The position numbers and the translations under genes were made by a program. Below are positions 39,301-53,406 of a DNA stretch of 64,000 bases, piece after piece (the stretch's first letter is position 1; each line of letters starts with the position of its first letter). This stretch comes from Sphyrna mokarran. Lineage: Eukaryota. The stretch spans positions 16,492,001 to 16,556,000 of the forward strand of contig JAGIQG010000020.1 of the NCBI GenBank assembly GCA_024679065.1. Reading direction: 5' to 3'. The notes beneath the pieces were generated by a model that was not told the DNA's origin, ran no database searches, and worked only from the letters and a program-made list of their open reading frames with translations.

Positions 39301-40620
39301 TAAAAGTTAATCTTCTTTCACATCCGCAACCAACTGTCTTAACAATATCAGTCTTCTCTCTCCATTAACTACTCAATCTAATTCAACACTTATTCAACTA
39401 CTCTCTCTTCACGTTGCCAACTACTTCCAAACCCCACTCATACTTCTCTTTGGTTTATTATAGCTGGTGAAACAACCCACAACCTTTAGCCCTCAAATAT
39501 TCCCACTCTATCTAGCAAAATCTCTCCGAACCTAAACTCTTAAGTCACCTCCTAAATACCCCATTCACTTAAATTTAAACTTCCTACGCTAAATTCTCCA
39601 ATTATCAGTGAGAAATACAAAGATCATCACTTACTTTGAATGCACACTTCCAATGCCATTAAAATAACACAACTATGCCACAAGTTATAATGCAACCATT
39701 AATACTATTTGCACGTTAGCATGCACAATCGTTAAGTTCTCACCTACTAAAATGAATTCCTGTGTTTTGCTTGAACAGAAAGAGGCAGTCACTAAGGATA
39801 TATACATTCTCCAGCAATAGGAGATACCAGAGCAGCAAAAGACCAGAACTATAATATCCACACAGTATCTTAACAGACCACAAAGTGTTGAAATAACATC
39901 CTTAAACAAATCTCTAGCTTTGCGTTAGCTACAGAACACCACATTAACCTGGATATAGCAAGATTGGATTTCCCCCTCTGGTATTTTGAACTCCTGACAA
40001 GAGCAGTTAATGTTGTGTCAACTAAACCCTAAATATTTGTTTGAGAGTGTGATTGAAGATTTAAGGAAAAGTCGACATAACCACAATGATTCCAGTGTTG
40101 CTGGAAACATGAAATGTAACAACCCAAAGCGGTAAATCTGGATTAATATTCTGGAATTTTGCATGACTATGTTTTAGGGATGGGGAGATATTTTACAGTG
40201 GTATCTTTTTGAAGATTCACTGCTAAATGGATTCCTCCTTTAGAAAACTGAGTCAATTGCAATAAATTGTCCATGGTGGAGTAAATTGTACATGATCTGT
40301 GATGGGCTAAAATAACTTTACTCATAACAACAGTCACTACATTTCCAAAATAATTAATTGAAGATCAAGATCTCCAAGCATAAAGTATTTTATAAATGCA
40401 AGTATTAGTACTTTATTTATATTGTTTTTTTCTTCTAAATACATTTAATTGGTTAACCTTTGTTTTTGCTTTGGATTGCTCAACCTATGAAATATGTTAA
40501 GGCATTCTAAGAGATATTGAAGACACACAAACTTGACAAATCTGTGATAAAGAATAGGTCATAAAAGATAGCAACGGCTAGTAAATGAACTCTATAGACA
40601 TAATGGAGACCCAAACCCAC

Positions 40621-40817
40621 CGTTTTCTGGAGTTCAAACTGGTATGCTCTCCGCCAATATCCTTTCTCATCACTTGATTCTAATCTGACTTGATAGCCTG
40701 AGCAAGTTGCTATTGCAGCACTGTCTGATGCCACTGCTATAGCCTGTATCTCCTGGCAATGCTGATAATGATGAACTGGTTCCCGTGCAAGAACTGTACT
40801 CCATACGTCAACAGCAC
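40621..40817 (-). CDS. FBXW8: FBXW8 internal coding exon (WD40 region), 197 nt
   Basis: Acceptor cctgcag|GT, donor ACG|gtgggt. Translates (G)AVDVWSTVLAREPVHHYQHCQEIQAIAVASDSAAIATCSGYQVRLESSDEKGYWRRAYQFELQKT, which aligns with remembered human FBXW8 ...DIWDLRTGKYPVHRFEHDARIQALALSQDDATVATASAFDVVMLSPNEEGYWQIAAEFEVPKL; ends phase 0. Confidence 0.93.
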
Positions 40818-41934
40818 CTGCAGGTGAACATAACAGAAATTTAGTAAAATGATTATGCAACATCGGGTCAGAAAGTAAATGCAAACAGGTTCAGAAAGTA
40901 AATGCAAGTAATGTGACTATAAAAATATTCATTTACAATTCAATTTAAAACCCTTTAACTTGGTACATTCGATGATTTAGTAATTACTTTGCATTTAGAA
41001 AATGTGTATCGTTTCTCACAACACATGAAAAATTTCAGAGGTTAAACTTCACAATGCAGTGATTGCACACCATTATAATTTGGCTTGGGTATTATGCTTA
41101 AAATCTGACAAATTTAGAAACAGTGATACAAGATTCAATAACTTCCGATTTCTCTGTAAGATACTTTGGCCTGAGTAAATCATTGGGAGTGCATAATACA
41201 GTTAAAAATCAATCTCAATAGGTAAGACAACCTGCTTTTTTGAAATCAAATAAGTAAAGATCAGTTCACATGCCACATTACAATTAGTTTTGCAGCTGGT
41301 TTGCCATCAGGCCTTGAAGTAATTCAGGGGATAATTTAAATAGACTTGTATTCCCAACTGCCTCATACTTTGAGAGAATTACAAATTTAGGGGAGAAATT
41401 CATTTGGGCACCTTTCTCTGGGCCATGAATTGGCATTTTGCAGGCATACATGCCCAACCAATGAGGTTGCATCATAATTGGAGTATAAACCTCATTTCAA
41501 TAAATTAGACAAGCTGTTGGTGTCTATCATGCCTTTGCAGGCAGCTTGCTCATTTGAAGACCTGAAATACGATGCTGCTTGCCTCACTGTCATGTTGTCC
41601 AATAGTGGGTTTGCTATGGAGTTACTGTGGGTCAGTGAAGTTCTCTGGCTTATGAAACTGCCCAACCTCAATACACCTTGGCTGTTGGCATTTATTTCAG
41701 AGCAATGTCTGAACTCAATCAAAATGCAAGCTTGAAGCCACATTAACTAGAACTGTCCATCTTTGGTCTCCATTGCTGCTTTATATAATTGCAAGAACAC
41801 CAGAACATGAGAAATATTATTTCTCCTGTCCCAGTCTCTAAAAGCCCATGTTTACTTTTGCAACTCTTTTTGTTTGCACATTTGTAGAAATTTTTGTATT
41901 TCTCACTAAACTCATGTGTAAATTGGCAAAAGAT

Positions 41935-42200
41935 TGAGAGTTGAACACAATCCTCGAGGCTGCTCTACCATTCAATAAGATTAGAGTGAGCTTCAATCTC
42001 AATTCCACTTTTCTGCCCTAGCCTACATTTTTTCACTCCCTTGAGATCCAAAAATGTTTCCATCCCAGCACTGAACACACTTAAAGACTGGGCCTCCACA
42101 GCCCTTGAGAATAATGAATTTCAAAGATTCACAACTTTCTCAGTGAAGAAATTGCTCCTCATCTCAATCCTAAATGGCAAACTCATCTTGTGAACCTTTC
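41935..42200 (-). mobile_element. CR1 LINE 3' end
   Basis: rc encodes FRIEMRSNFFTEKVVNL. Confidence 0.8.
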
Positions 42201-42809
42201 TAACTTTGGTCGTCTGTGTGTAATGACTAAGAAATATGGCTGAGAGTGCAAAATGGTTGGATGGTTGGGGGAAGTTGAGTGTTGGCTGCTCAGTTGGGTG
42301 CCTGCAGAAAGACAAATGAGTGAGGTGTGCTGTGCAAGATAACGGTGTGCAAGTCAGAGTGTAGAGCTTGATGCTTGATGCAAGCCTTCCTGAAGTTCTG
42401 GATCATTTTAACACATGGTCCCAAAGTTAGTGTGGTCCCCAAGGTTAGAGGCAGACCACACCGCTGCTGCTTGGCTTCCTTAGCCACTCCATCCATGTCA
42501 GTTTAGTCCAATAATCTGTCCTTTTCCTCCTACAGTTTAGAGACTTATTTCACTGCAGCCTCTCAGCTCCCTCATCTCCAATTAATAGGAAGATCCAGAG
42601 ACCAGCTTCACTATTCCAATAGATGCCACAGACTGAAAATCCAAAGCTGTAATGAGCTGCTCTGAACTATGCTATAGTCTCTTTAAGCATAAATCCTTGC
42701 CCTGACAAAACTGCCACGTCATTCTTGCCACTTCAACTGATCGAGAAGCATGGAAGTGGGCTTTAAATTGGTTTGCGTCGGCAAAGAGAAGAATCTTTAC
42801 TCCAATGAT

Positions 42810-42995
42810 GAATTGATTTATTATTGTCACGTGTTGGGATACAGCGAAAAGTATTGTTTCTTGTGAGCTACACGGTCAAAACATACATTCATAGAGTACA
42901 TAGGGGATAAGAAAAGGAGAGGATGCAAAATATACTGTTGCAGTCATAGATAGAGTGAAGAGAAACATCAGCTTAGTATGTGACAGGACTATTCA
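42810..42995 (-). mobile_element. Rex1/Babar-like 3' end
   Basis: ttgatttattattgtcacgtgttgggatacagcgaaaagtattgtttcttg. Confidence 0.55.
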
Positions 42996-43439
42996 GGTTC
43001 ATGACCCAAAAATGGTCACATTGTGTGGTGAAAAAAACTGAAGCAGTAAAATTCTACTCTTTATGTACTTTTCACAGCTTATTTTTCTACACATTAAAAC
43101 TTTTTAACTCGGATCTGAAGTAAACGGGTGTTGGTTTTCCACATCTGGGTCCAGAAGTCAATTTTAAAAGTTCTAGGAGTTATCCCAACTCTTTGAAAAT
43201 CGAGCCCAAAATATCTGTTTAACGTCTACCATTTACTTATTTCCTGTCATTATTCCTCCTGTCTCAGGCTCTAAGAGCTCATGTTTACTTTTGCAATTCT
43301 TTCTGCTTGCACATTTGTAGAAATATTTGTATTTCTCGGTAGTTTAAACTTATGTGCAAATTGGCAAAAGAATAAAGGTATCGGAAAGTTGAATATGACG
43401 TTCAGAGAGTGTGTGGGAGACACTTACTTTGGACCTTAC

Positions 43440-44030
43440 TTCTCAAACTCCCTCAGCAAAACATACTTTACTCTCCCTATGTCATTGGGTCCCATGTGGA
43501 CTACCCTTCCCTAAGTTCTTCAGCAATGAGGAGGTACCCTTAACCCTAACACCAGGCAGGCAACACAACCTTTGGAGTTCCCAGTTCCAACTGCAGAGAA
43601 CAGTATCCATCCCTGATTATGCTTTCCCCACCACCATACTAATTTTCACTTTCCTCACTTAATTGGCTTACAGCGCCACAGGAGTGCTTTACTTATCTAC
43701 CCTGCAGACTTTTTCTTTGTTCACACAGGCAACTAGAGCCTAATTTCTGCTGAAAAAAGACAAAGGCTGGGCTGGGCTTCTCCAGCACTGCCCCTGAATA
43801 ATCTTCTGCCTAATCCACAGTCTCTGACCACTAATTAGACTGGTAACTGAAAGTCTGACTGTCTCCTGGATAAAAGTGTTCATATAACTCTTCCTTTCTG
43901 ATGTCCTGCAATATCTGCACTTCAGAATCCAGTTCAACAACACTGAATCAAAGTTTTCTGAAATGCAGACACACTTCAAATGTGGTTTCCTGCCATCACA
44001 ATACTCTCTGCAGAATCCTACATGCTGCAG
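43440..44030 (-). mobile_element. CR1 ORF1 remnant (SGNH esterase-type)
   Basis: rc encodes VVGESIIR (GDS-like motif) and VHMGPNDIG (VHVGTND-like), preceded by a Cys/leucine-zipper-like region. Confidence 0.65.
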
Positions 44031-45287
44031 TTACACCACAACATCTGTACTGCCATCCTTTTATAACCTTGCTTTATTTATTTAATTAAGATTTGTATAT
44101 TTAAAAAGTTATTTAATTTTTAAAGCAGATTGCACAATTTAAGTTATAGGTGGCTTAAATTAAATATTAATTTGTAAATTAACCTTCCTTCCCTTCTTGT
44201 GCTGTGACAACACTTTGCAATTCCCCAATCACTCAGAGTTCAGCCCTCCCCTTAGTTCTCAAGTCTATTTATTTATAAAGGATTCGTTGCTGTTAATATT
44301 TAAACAAATGGCATATTAAACACTTAGCTTGGATTGCTCAGCTCCTGCCACTTCTCACTCCATACTGATTATGCATTACAATGGGACTGGTGCACAAATA
44401 TTAGGTCCCTGAGTGAACCTTTAACCTCCCCCCACCTGCTCCCACTACTCCCACAATTAATTTTTGAAAATTAATACAATGCATTAGTATGAATAAAATT
44501 CTGCATTTAAAATTAAATTTATTTTACAAGAAAAGTGAGATTCTGATTCTGATTGTACATTCTCAATGTTGTACACTTTTCACAGGACATGTAATGGAAG
44601 AAATGCATGTAATAACATGTAATATGGATCACGTGATGCAATACTGTGCTCCTGCAGCAGTTACTAGATGATTTGTATGCATAATTTACACAATCAATAA
44701 TCATTATAATAGAGTGGGTCTGATTAGATTACGTTCTTTGATATTATTAACCAGTTTTGGAATAATCACGTAGATGTACAAACTTGTAAAATAGTCACAT
44801 AAACAGCAGGAAGAATGTAACATGAAATTTTGGGAATGGCGACAGTGTAAATAAATAAATCTATATATATATCTATATGTATGGACGTATATTGACATAT
44901 TCAGTCCTTTCATTCCCCTTGCTGAAACTTGCCTGTTTACATATATAGTTTCATGAATATTTCATTCATTTTTTTTGTCATTCCCCTCACAACTCGAGGC
45001 GACGACCCAATTTGCTGATTGGTGGCATCAGCCCTGGTCACCATGTTTTTCCTTCTGTTGAATGTCAACTGTTGCTCTCTGCCTGCATTCTTTTTCAATC
45101 CCTGATCCTAAGTAATCCAGCACTTTTTAATCAACTAAGGTAACTATGAGCCAAAATTGCAGAAAAAAAGTGTAGCAGGAAGAATGTTCACAATTATCAC
45201 TGTAAAGTCAGCAATTTGTAACGAAGAGATGCCTCATTAATTGAGCACCATCACAAATGTTGTCAGCAATGCTCTGTCATTAGGGGA

Positions 45288-45730
45288 AAAAAGACTTGTA
45301 TTTATATAGTACCTTTCACTACCAGCAGCCATCTCAAAGCCCTTTATGGACAATGAATCTTTATTTGTATGCACTCTGGCATTACAGGAAAAGGGGCACC
45401 CCTTTTGCACGCAGCAAGCTTCCACAACAGCAATCTAGTAATGATTAGGTAATCTGCTTGTATGATATTGATTGAGGGGTACATATTGGCTTGGACGTGA
45501 GGGATGATTCTTCTTTGAATGTCATGGGATCTTTTATGTCTACCTGAGAAGGCAGGTGCAACCTGGATTTTAAGTCTCATCTGAAACATGGGACTTTTAA
45601 CAGTGCAACACCCCCTCACTTTTGCACTGGAGCAGCAGCCTTGATTTTTATGCTCAAGTCCTGCAACGGGACTTGAGCCCATACCATCTGGCTAGAGGGG
45701 AGAATACCATCGACTGAGCCACAGCTGACA
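45288..45730 (-). mobile_element. DeuSINE (SacSINE1-like), near full length
   Basis: Deu-domain-like tctcatctgaaacatgggacttttaacagtgcaacaccccctcac, tRNA-like head (rc of gggacttgagccc...actgagccacagctgaca), L2-type tail. Confidence 0.7.
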
Positions 45731-48700
45731 TTGAGAGCTGTAAAAGTGACATCTGAGCTTTAGCCTGCCTGTGATTTTCATGAAGTTGCTACATTTGTAA
45801 TAACTACTCATAATTTGCTTAGGAAAGTCCAATATCTGATAGTATAAGTATCCTTTTAACATGTGATAATTGTTAATGATTGCCAATCAACCTCTCTGGC
45901 CCAGAAAGTGATTATTAAAAGTATTCCTTCAGGTTGCAACTGTTATTGAAGATTTTTTAAAAAAGTAATTTTAAGATTCTTACCTTTGCTCTATTTTCTT
46001 CCCATTTTGTTTTTTCCAATCTTTCTTTCTCTTTCTTTTTGTATCTAATTTGACATTTAATTTACCCATTCTAATTCACCTTTTTCTACTTATTTATTAA
46101 TCCTTTAACTTCACTGGTTGAGGAGATACACTGTTAGCTCAGTTGTTCACTAAGTTCCAAGATGTTTCTTTTATATCCAACTGAATTTGCATTCATGTCA
46201 ACATCTACAAGTCCACTGTTTCCTTTGCATTTTATGCCTAGGATGCAACACTTGTGTAAAACAAGTATATTTCACAATTATTTTTTAAGTTTAAAAATGA
46301 AGTGCTGAGTATTTCAGAAAACAGCAAGCAATCTTCTGAAACCATAATGTTGTTGTTAATTTAACAGAAGTTAGGAAAGTTTGATCCTGTATTGCTCCTG
46401 GATCACATGCAATAGGAAAAAAACACTACAGATGCGAACTTACTAACTCGCCACGCTGAAGATCAGTGTGGTGAGCCAGGAATTTAGCGTGAGAGACCAA
46501 AAAATCCAATTTGCTTAAATTCTCACTGGCCCTGTTTTACTGGCGAGAAAGGCTTCACACCCAGAAGAGGCATGAAACACATGAGCATTAGACTGCCTGA
46601 ATCTGCATTTGATTAGTAGGTCCAGCACGGCTGCTTCACCTTTCGCAGATGCTTCCCAGCTCACTGGCTAGAATCACTACTGCAGGAACCAGGCACCATG
46701 GCCACGCCAGGATATCAAAGGCCTCTGAAGCCTCCAATGGTCGGGGGCATGCTTGGCAGTGCCCACTTGTCGCCCTGGCAGGGCCTGGTTGGATATCTTA
46801 AGTGTGCAGGGGCAGTGCCAGCGGAGTGGAATGTTACGCACAATGACGGAGGCTATGTCAGTTGGAGGGAGTGAGAATCATATTAGGGATTGATGGGAGG
46901 GACGCCTGAATGCACTGAAGCCGGCTTCACTGGTGTATTTAGGTTCCAGCCCCCTCTGTATTGGTGCAAACCTCTGAAAAAATTGACAATGCTAGAAAAT
47001 TGCAGTGCCAAAATGGCTGAAATTATCAGTGTGGAGGACTGCCTTTTTCTCACCGTTGTGACACTTAAAAATGTTTTGGGAAAATGTTTCAGACTGTATT
47101 ATACATCCTCCATAAACATGAGTGGAGGAACCCTGTAGTATGCATAGTATTTTTCCCTTGTAACATGCATCATTCCAATAATAATTACCTAATTCCTCAA
47201 GCACTGAAAAGGTAGGCTTTCAGCAGCTTTGTTCCTAGCATATTTCACTAAACCAACAAAATCTATTTTTTCAAATCGAACACCCAAAAAAAACTCATTC
47301 TTCCGTGCACCTGATCAAATGGGATTCCATGTACAGGCCAAAAAATAAATTCTTAATTAACACAAGGTAATTTTTAGAACTAGATTAGTATAAAACAACA
47401 GGTTTACTCTCCTAAGTCGATATTTTTAACTAAAATGCTTAGGAGTTAACAACGATCTGTCCAAAAATGACAGCGTGTGAACTATTTGAAGTCAATGACA
47501 AACTAGTCTTTCAATTAAAATCTGTTTGAAGACTCTTACAGCTCATAAAATGCCAACAGATCACAGCTTTGTCTGTTATGAGAACTTCCTTTTTTAAAAA
47601 CTGTTGTGATGTTTTATGTTGCTTTAGGGAATTATCTGAAAATTCAAAATTAGCTCAGGTCAGCCAGGGTGTTTAAAGAGATTTGTCACTTGGATGACTG
47701 GCAATTACTTGTTTCAGCACAAAACATGATAATGATTCCACACAATAACATTAGCCTGTGACAGAACAGTATTTAGGAGTGAATTTCTTTAAACATTGAT
47801 CAGACGAGCAATCAGTTTTATCACTTCAGACAGTGTTTTCTACAATCCTGCATGACTCTCAGTTCCAATTTGATCCTTACAGCTAATGCATCCGATAATC
47901 TGACGTTTCACTGATGGCCAGACATAATCAACCCTAGCTGAGTCTCAGCTTACAACTCACCAATCAATAATGAATGTCTGTTTTGTGCCATGACACACTC
48001 GTTGAAATAAATCACCTCACTCCCTCCTTTGCTTGTTGCAGAAGATCTTTAAACTTGAAGGGCAGACTTTTCCCAAAAATGGCAATATGTCAGGTCTGGA
48101 TGAAAAATGGCCTGCTTCTCTCCAGAAATGGGCAAGTTCTCTGGCATGGTGCACAAAACATCTAGAGGCATGATTTGCACTGTCACTCTGGTGACACAGG
48201 GTCTGACAGAGCCAGGAAGGCCAGGTCTATGGTGATGGAGAAAGGGGTGCTACTTTTGAATTTAAAATCTAAGTTCCCCAACCACTCAACCTGCCATCAT
48301 CAGCCTCCATCCCACACACATCATTCATCCCAAAAGAATCGGGGTAGCTCTTCCCCACCACAGAAAAATCGGGGATAAGGTGTGGAGGGGGATCTGTCTC
48401 CCTTCACAGCCATTGACCCCATTAGGGGTCTCTCCCCCATGCCTGTTCACACATAAGAGGAATACCCCAACCCATTGGAGGAGGGTTACCCCCAGCTTCA
48501 CCCCTGTGGTCAGGATTGCCCTTTCACTTCATTGAAATTTATTGCTTTGCAGCCTTCTAAATAACAAACACTCTTGCCAGACAGATGCCTCCTTTACAAT
48601 CCCATGCATTACAACATAACACCAGTTCTACACATTATGGCCTCCATGAATTGGTTATACAAGAACAAAATATTGGGCCACGCAGTGCTTATAAAAAAAT

Positions 48701-50542
48701 AATAGGATGTTAACGGTGCATATCTTACTAACATGCATGTTGGCCAGGAAGTCCATGAGATTGAAAGACTGCAAATCTCCAGAAATTGCTCGTCAGTTTA
48801 TATTGTCCCATTATATGCCTTATGCAAGATCAGAACTCAATAATGCAAATATCTTTTTAATAACATAATAATTGTTAAAGTAATGCCTAAAAACCTATGT
48901 TGCCACGAAACAGAATATAGACTGTTCAATCTCGTCCTGGATGTGATAAATTGTTGTTAAAAATGTTTTTAAATGTCAATTTTTTTCTTACTTTTTCCAG
49001 CATGCCATTTTCTCTCTCTTTCAATTCATTTTTAAAATTTCTCTCTTCATTTTTTGTTCTGTACCTAAGTTGGATTCTAATTCACACTCCTCTCCATCAT
49101 TCATCTGCTTCTTTCTCGGTCTTTAATTCACATTTGTTAAGGAGATGCGCTGTTTGTCCCACTGTGGTCCCAGATGTCCCATTGCCCTAGTTACACCATT
49201 ATTAATTCACATTCAAAGCAAATTTGAGCTTTATGGTGCAAGAAAAGTAGAACTGGTGGTTTATACTCCACAATACGCCCTCCAGTGAAATTTGGCCCAC
49301 TTCTCTCACAATTAAGGATACTCTTTAATGGTGGGTAGTAATGGATTATAATTATATGCTAGCCTATTTGTGAGGGAAAGTAGTATTTGCAATGTAACTT
49401 AACATGAAACCAGAAAGCTAAACCCCTCAAGCGGTGATTGATTTTGCCTTACAGACTGTAACATTAAAACGAAAATAATTTATAAATGCACACATATTTA
49501 ACCAAATGTTTTATTTTATATTGAAACTAAGAACCAAAGTAATGCAGATAAAATTGTTATGGTTGCCTGAGAACATCACATGGGTTTCTCATGGATTTTG
49601 GGCTACTAACGTTGGGACCGTGGGTTGGGGAGAGGGTGTTGAAACCACACTCACCAATAGCATATCGGGTGGGCTCTTGATACTGACAGTGCAATGGACT
49701 GACTGGAGCCTCAACAGCATAATTGGAACAGGTAGGGCACAGCTGAAATAGCTTGCTGACCACAAAGATGCCTGAATAAGGAGACACTCTCCTGAAAGTG
49801 TGAATTTATAGGTAAAACTTTTAGGGCCATTGAGTCCATTACATTGGAGGAGAAAACTACCCTGTCTGCTTCAGATGTGCAGCTTTCATTCTAATGATCA
49901 CTAAATCTGGCCCAATTTGGCCGTAGATGGCTTAATTAGGTTATACACTTCTATGACGTGGGCAACAAATCAGAATCCCCATTATTATGCGGGTCCCATG
50001 CTACCAAATGTGCCATCACAGGCAGGGAAAATTAACCCAATGAGTCTCTTGAAACAAAGTTTGGAATACAAATGAAAAGTTTAAAATTAATAAATTTAGA
50101 CCCAGTGGAGACTATGGGTCTACTGAAGACACGAGTGGAATACATTTTGAATCAAAGTAATGTTTTCTTCATTATTTTGCTTATTTAATTTATTATGCAA
50201 TTTAACATTTAATGTCACCATTATTATTTTGTAGTACAATCAAAATCAGGTGCATAGGAAGGTCAGATAGCAATTTTAAATACTGTCTCAACCATTGACC
50301 AGAAAATAACCTCTTAAAACTGTTCCTGTAAAAGCGAGTTCAAAAAAAACCATTTAAAATTAATGATTAGGCAGTTAAGTACGTACATTTTTTCCAGAGG
50401 TTTCATATACTACAAGTTTTACAATTACAGTGCATTTTATTTTATAAGTAAATCTGGATATTTATAATGTATTTTCTGTTTTATATGTTTTTGTTCTACT
50501 TTTTAATCCTGCAGGTCTCTTCTAAGACTGTGACAAAAAGGA

Positions 50543-50672
50543 CATGATGTAGGGATGCTGGCGTTGGACTGGGGTAAACACAGAAAGAGGTCTGACAACA
50601 CCAGTTTTAAATCCAACTGATTTATTTGATTATCAAATAAATCGGTTGGATTTAAAACTGGTGTTGTCAGAC
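50543..50672. mobile_element. Penelope-type fold-back fragment forming a 41-bp hairpin
   Basis: Arms 50590-50630 and 50632-50672, one mismatch; same family as 6120-6310 but without the HHR loop. Confidence 0.75.
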
Positions 50673-52599
50673 AAAAAAGATAGGCATATTAAGAGAAGCA
50701 TCTATGCAAAAAAAAAGCCCAGAGCCACTTTCCCAGGCACTTTTCCACTCCTCTTTAAAAAGAAATGTTCACTTACTCAGGCGATGGCTGTTTTAAAATT
50801 TATTACTACCAAGATGTCTTATTATGCGATTCACATCCCAAAAATCTTCTGTATTAGGGCCTGATGTCTTTTCCTCTATCATTTCTTACTTTATCATCCA
50901 ATATAAATTTATCTAATTACTGCATGTCCTCCTCAAACCTTTTTACTTCCACTAACAACTAAGAAACATTTGTGAAGCTTATTCTTGCGTAGAACCACGT
51001 ATAATCCCTCACACACCATCTAATCACATCCTAAATAATTCCAGAGGACCCCCCTCTCCCGCCCGGTTTCTAACCCCCACAACACATTTCAAATATTGAT
51101 CACTCTTAACATGATAAACAGCTTGCTGCTATATATCCTAAAACAGGTTACAGTAACCTGTTTGTTCCTCAAGCACAAGGCCCTGTACATGTGATTAAAT
51201 AATGCTCAAGATCAACTTTTCTTCAATGTGAGTTTGTCCACTTAGATAAATGTTTGCTTCATCAATCATATTGATTGGTAATTTAACAGATGGGTGATTA
51301 TTTAAGCAAATCGGGGCTTTACATCCAGTTGACGTATGATGCCTCAGGGGTTTGACATGTACCAGCTTATAAATTTTATATTATACAAATATTGTTTAAT
51401 AAAGTTGAACTATTGTGGAGGTTAAAAAATATATTTTGTGAACACAAATAATTGGCAACAAAATACAGATCTAGAAAACAATTATTTAATTATTCTGAGT
51501 ACAACATACAACTGAACTGATTAACTTAAGTTAAATAGATTGTAAAGATTTAATAAATAATCATACGCATGAGAAGGGTTGACATCTGGCATAGATAAAA
51601 AATGCAGGACAATTAAGATACTTTCAAAACCCCTTCAAACTAATGGTATCCCCTTAGTTATATCTCCCTCGACAATTGTTTGCAACCAGCATGTTGGAAT
51701 ACTTCAGACGAGATATTTGCTTTTTCAATCGTTGCTTATGTAGATTGAATAAACTGCTGTTTGCTTAAAGCACAACAAATCGAAGATATGCAGATGAATC
51801 TCAAAATGCAATTTCAATCTCATCAGTTCAGAGTTGTAAACAAAATTACCCACATTGTTACTTACAGGATCAGAAAATGTCATCTTAATGGACAATAACT
51901 GTACTTATTCATATTAACTATTTAATTCTGATGCCTAGCCAAAAATAAAATCATTTCCATGATGATAATAATAATAACTGGGAATTTTTTCTAAGGTTTC
52001 TGAAAAAAAGTTGTTTCCTTTTCAGTAGCATATATTCCCAAAATCATCTTTTTTTTGTCCATCTATAATGTATAAGTGGATTTACAACTTGGGAAGAACT
52101 CCATTAATATCACCATCCATGAGAAACTTGCTTTCTGTTCATTATTTCCCCCAGTAAGCAATAGATTGGGGGTTAGATCTGTATTATTTCACTGAATTCT
52201 ATGGAAACCATTATGAAGTTATGGTAACAACACTGCTAGTAGCAATGGGAGGATATTTAATGACGAAAGATTAAACATTGTAAGAAAATACATACGATTA
52301 ATTTTCTATTTGCAATCTTGAATTAAATTATAAAGCATTAATCTGTACAAGTATGAATGAAAATATTATTTGGTGTAAAGAAACAATTTTACACGGAAAC
52401 ATAAGAAATTAAAACCTTTTTTACACCTGAGGGTAGCTTCCAGAAGTGGCAGAAAAACTCAAGACTCATATGCACAATGGGGTTTATGGTAGTTCATACA
52501 TGGCACTTGTAATTCTTCACAAAGACTGTGCATCATTCCAGTCAATATCATCATGTACAAATACACTGTCAACTGCTAGATGGGAGGAAGGTTAAGTAG

Positions 52600-53100
52600 G
52601 TTTCTCTGCATGTTGATTCTCTAACTGTCTGACACAGGCACAATATGGTAGCAATGCACTTTTGGGCTTGGCCCACCAGGTCCATAATGATATTTTGAAC
52701 CAACTCTTGGTGATTGGCGTTGAAGTTCCCCCACCCAGAGCATGTTGTATCCTTGTTGCCCTTAATGCTTCTTTGAAAACTAAGGTGAAATGATTCAACA
52801 GCTTGAGGGACTGTAAGATGGTAACCAACAGGTTCCCTTGCTCATGTTTGGCCTGATGCTGTGAGATTTCATGGTGTCCGGAGTCAATGTTGAGGATGCT
52901 TATCAATGTATACCATTGTGACATGCCCTTTAATGTGTTTGTTCTGTGCAACGGGCAAGGGTCAGGGATGTTGGATTAAAGCTTAATCTGTGAGAATGAC
53001 CATGTTGACTTGTGTGTATGATAATTTTGGTACAAGTCCCCAGATGTTAGCAAGAGTAAATTTGCAGAGGTGTGCCTTTGTCCTGTGTAAATCTGATGCC
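52600..53100 (-). mobile_element. LINE APE-endonuclease remnant
   Basis: rc encodes EALRATRIQH...GNFNANHQE (GDFN-like motif). Confidence 0.6.
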
Positions 53101-53164
53101 TAATTTGATGTTGGATGGTCTGTCCACATTTATTCTTATTATGTTATTCTGTAAATTGTCAGTC

Positions 53165-53406
53165 AATCTTCTTGTTGTGGGTCTGGATTCACACGTAGGC
53201 CTTCTTCCCTAATGGACATTACTGAGCCAGATCGATTTTTACAAAATTCCATTAGCCACAATACTGATTCTAGCATTGTATGCAGATTTATTTAGTTAGT
53301 GGAATTTAAATTCACCAATGATCATGTTGGAATTGAAACTCGTATCTCTGATCATGAATTCAGGCCTTTGGATTGCTAGTCCAGTAACATAACCATATGC
53401 CACCAT
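53165..53406 (-). mobile_element. tRNA-derived SINE, same family as 2097/28720
   Basis: ggattgctagtccagtaacataaccatatgccacc is the rc of the head. Confidence 0.6.

Noticed and set aside
40507-40884. 125-aa ORF as a standalone gene
   Set aside because: Only 40621-40817 is FBXW8-like and splice-bounded; both ends are intronic read-through.
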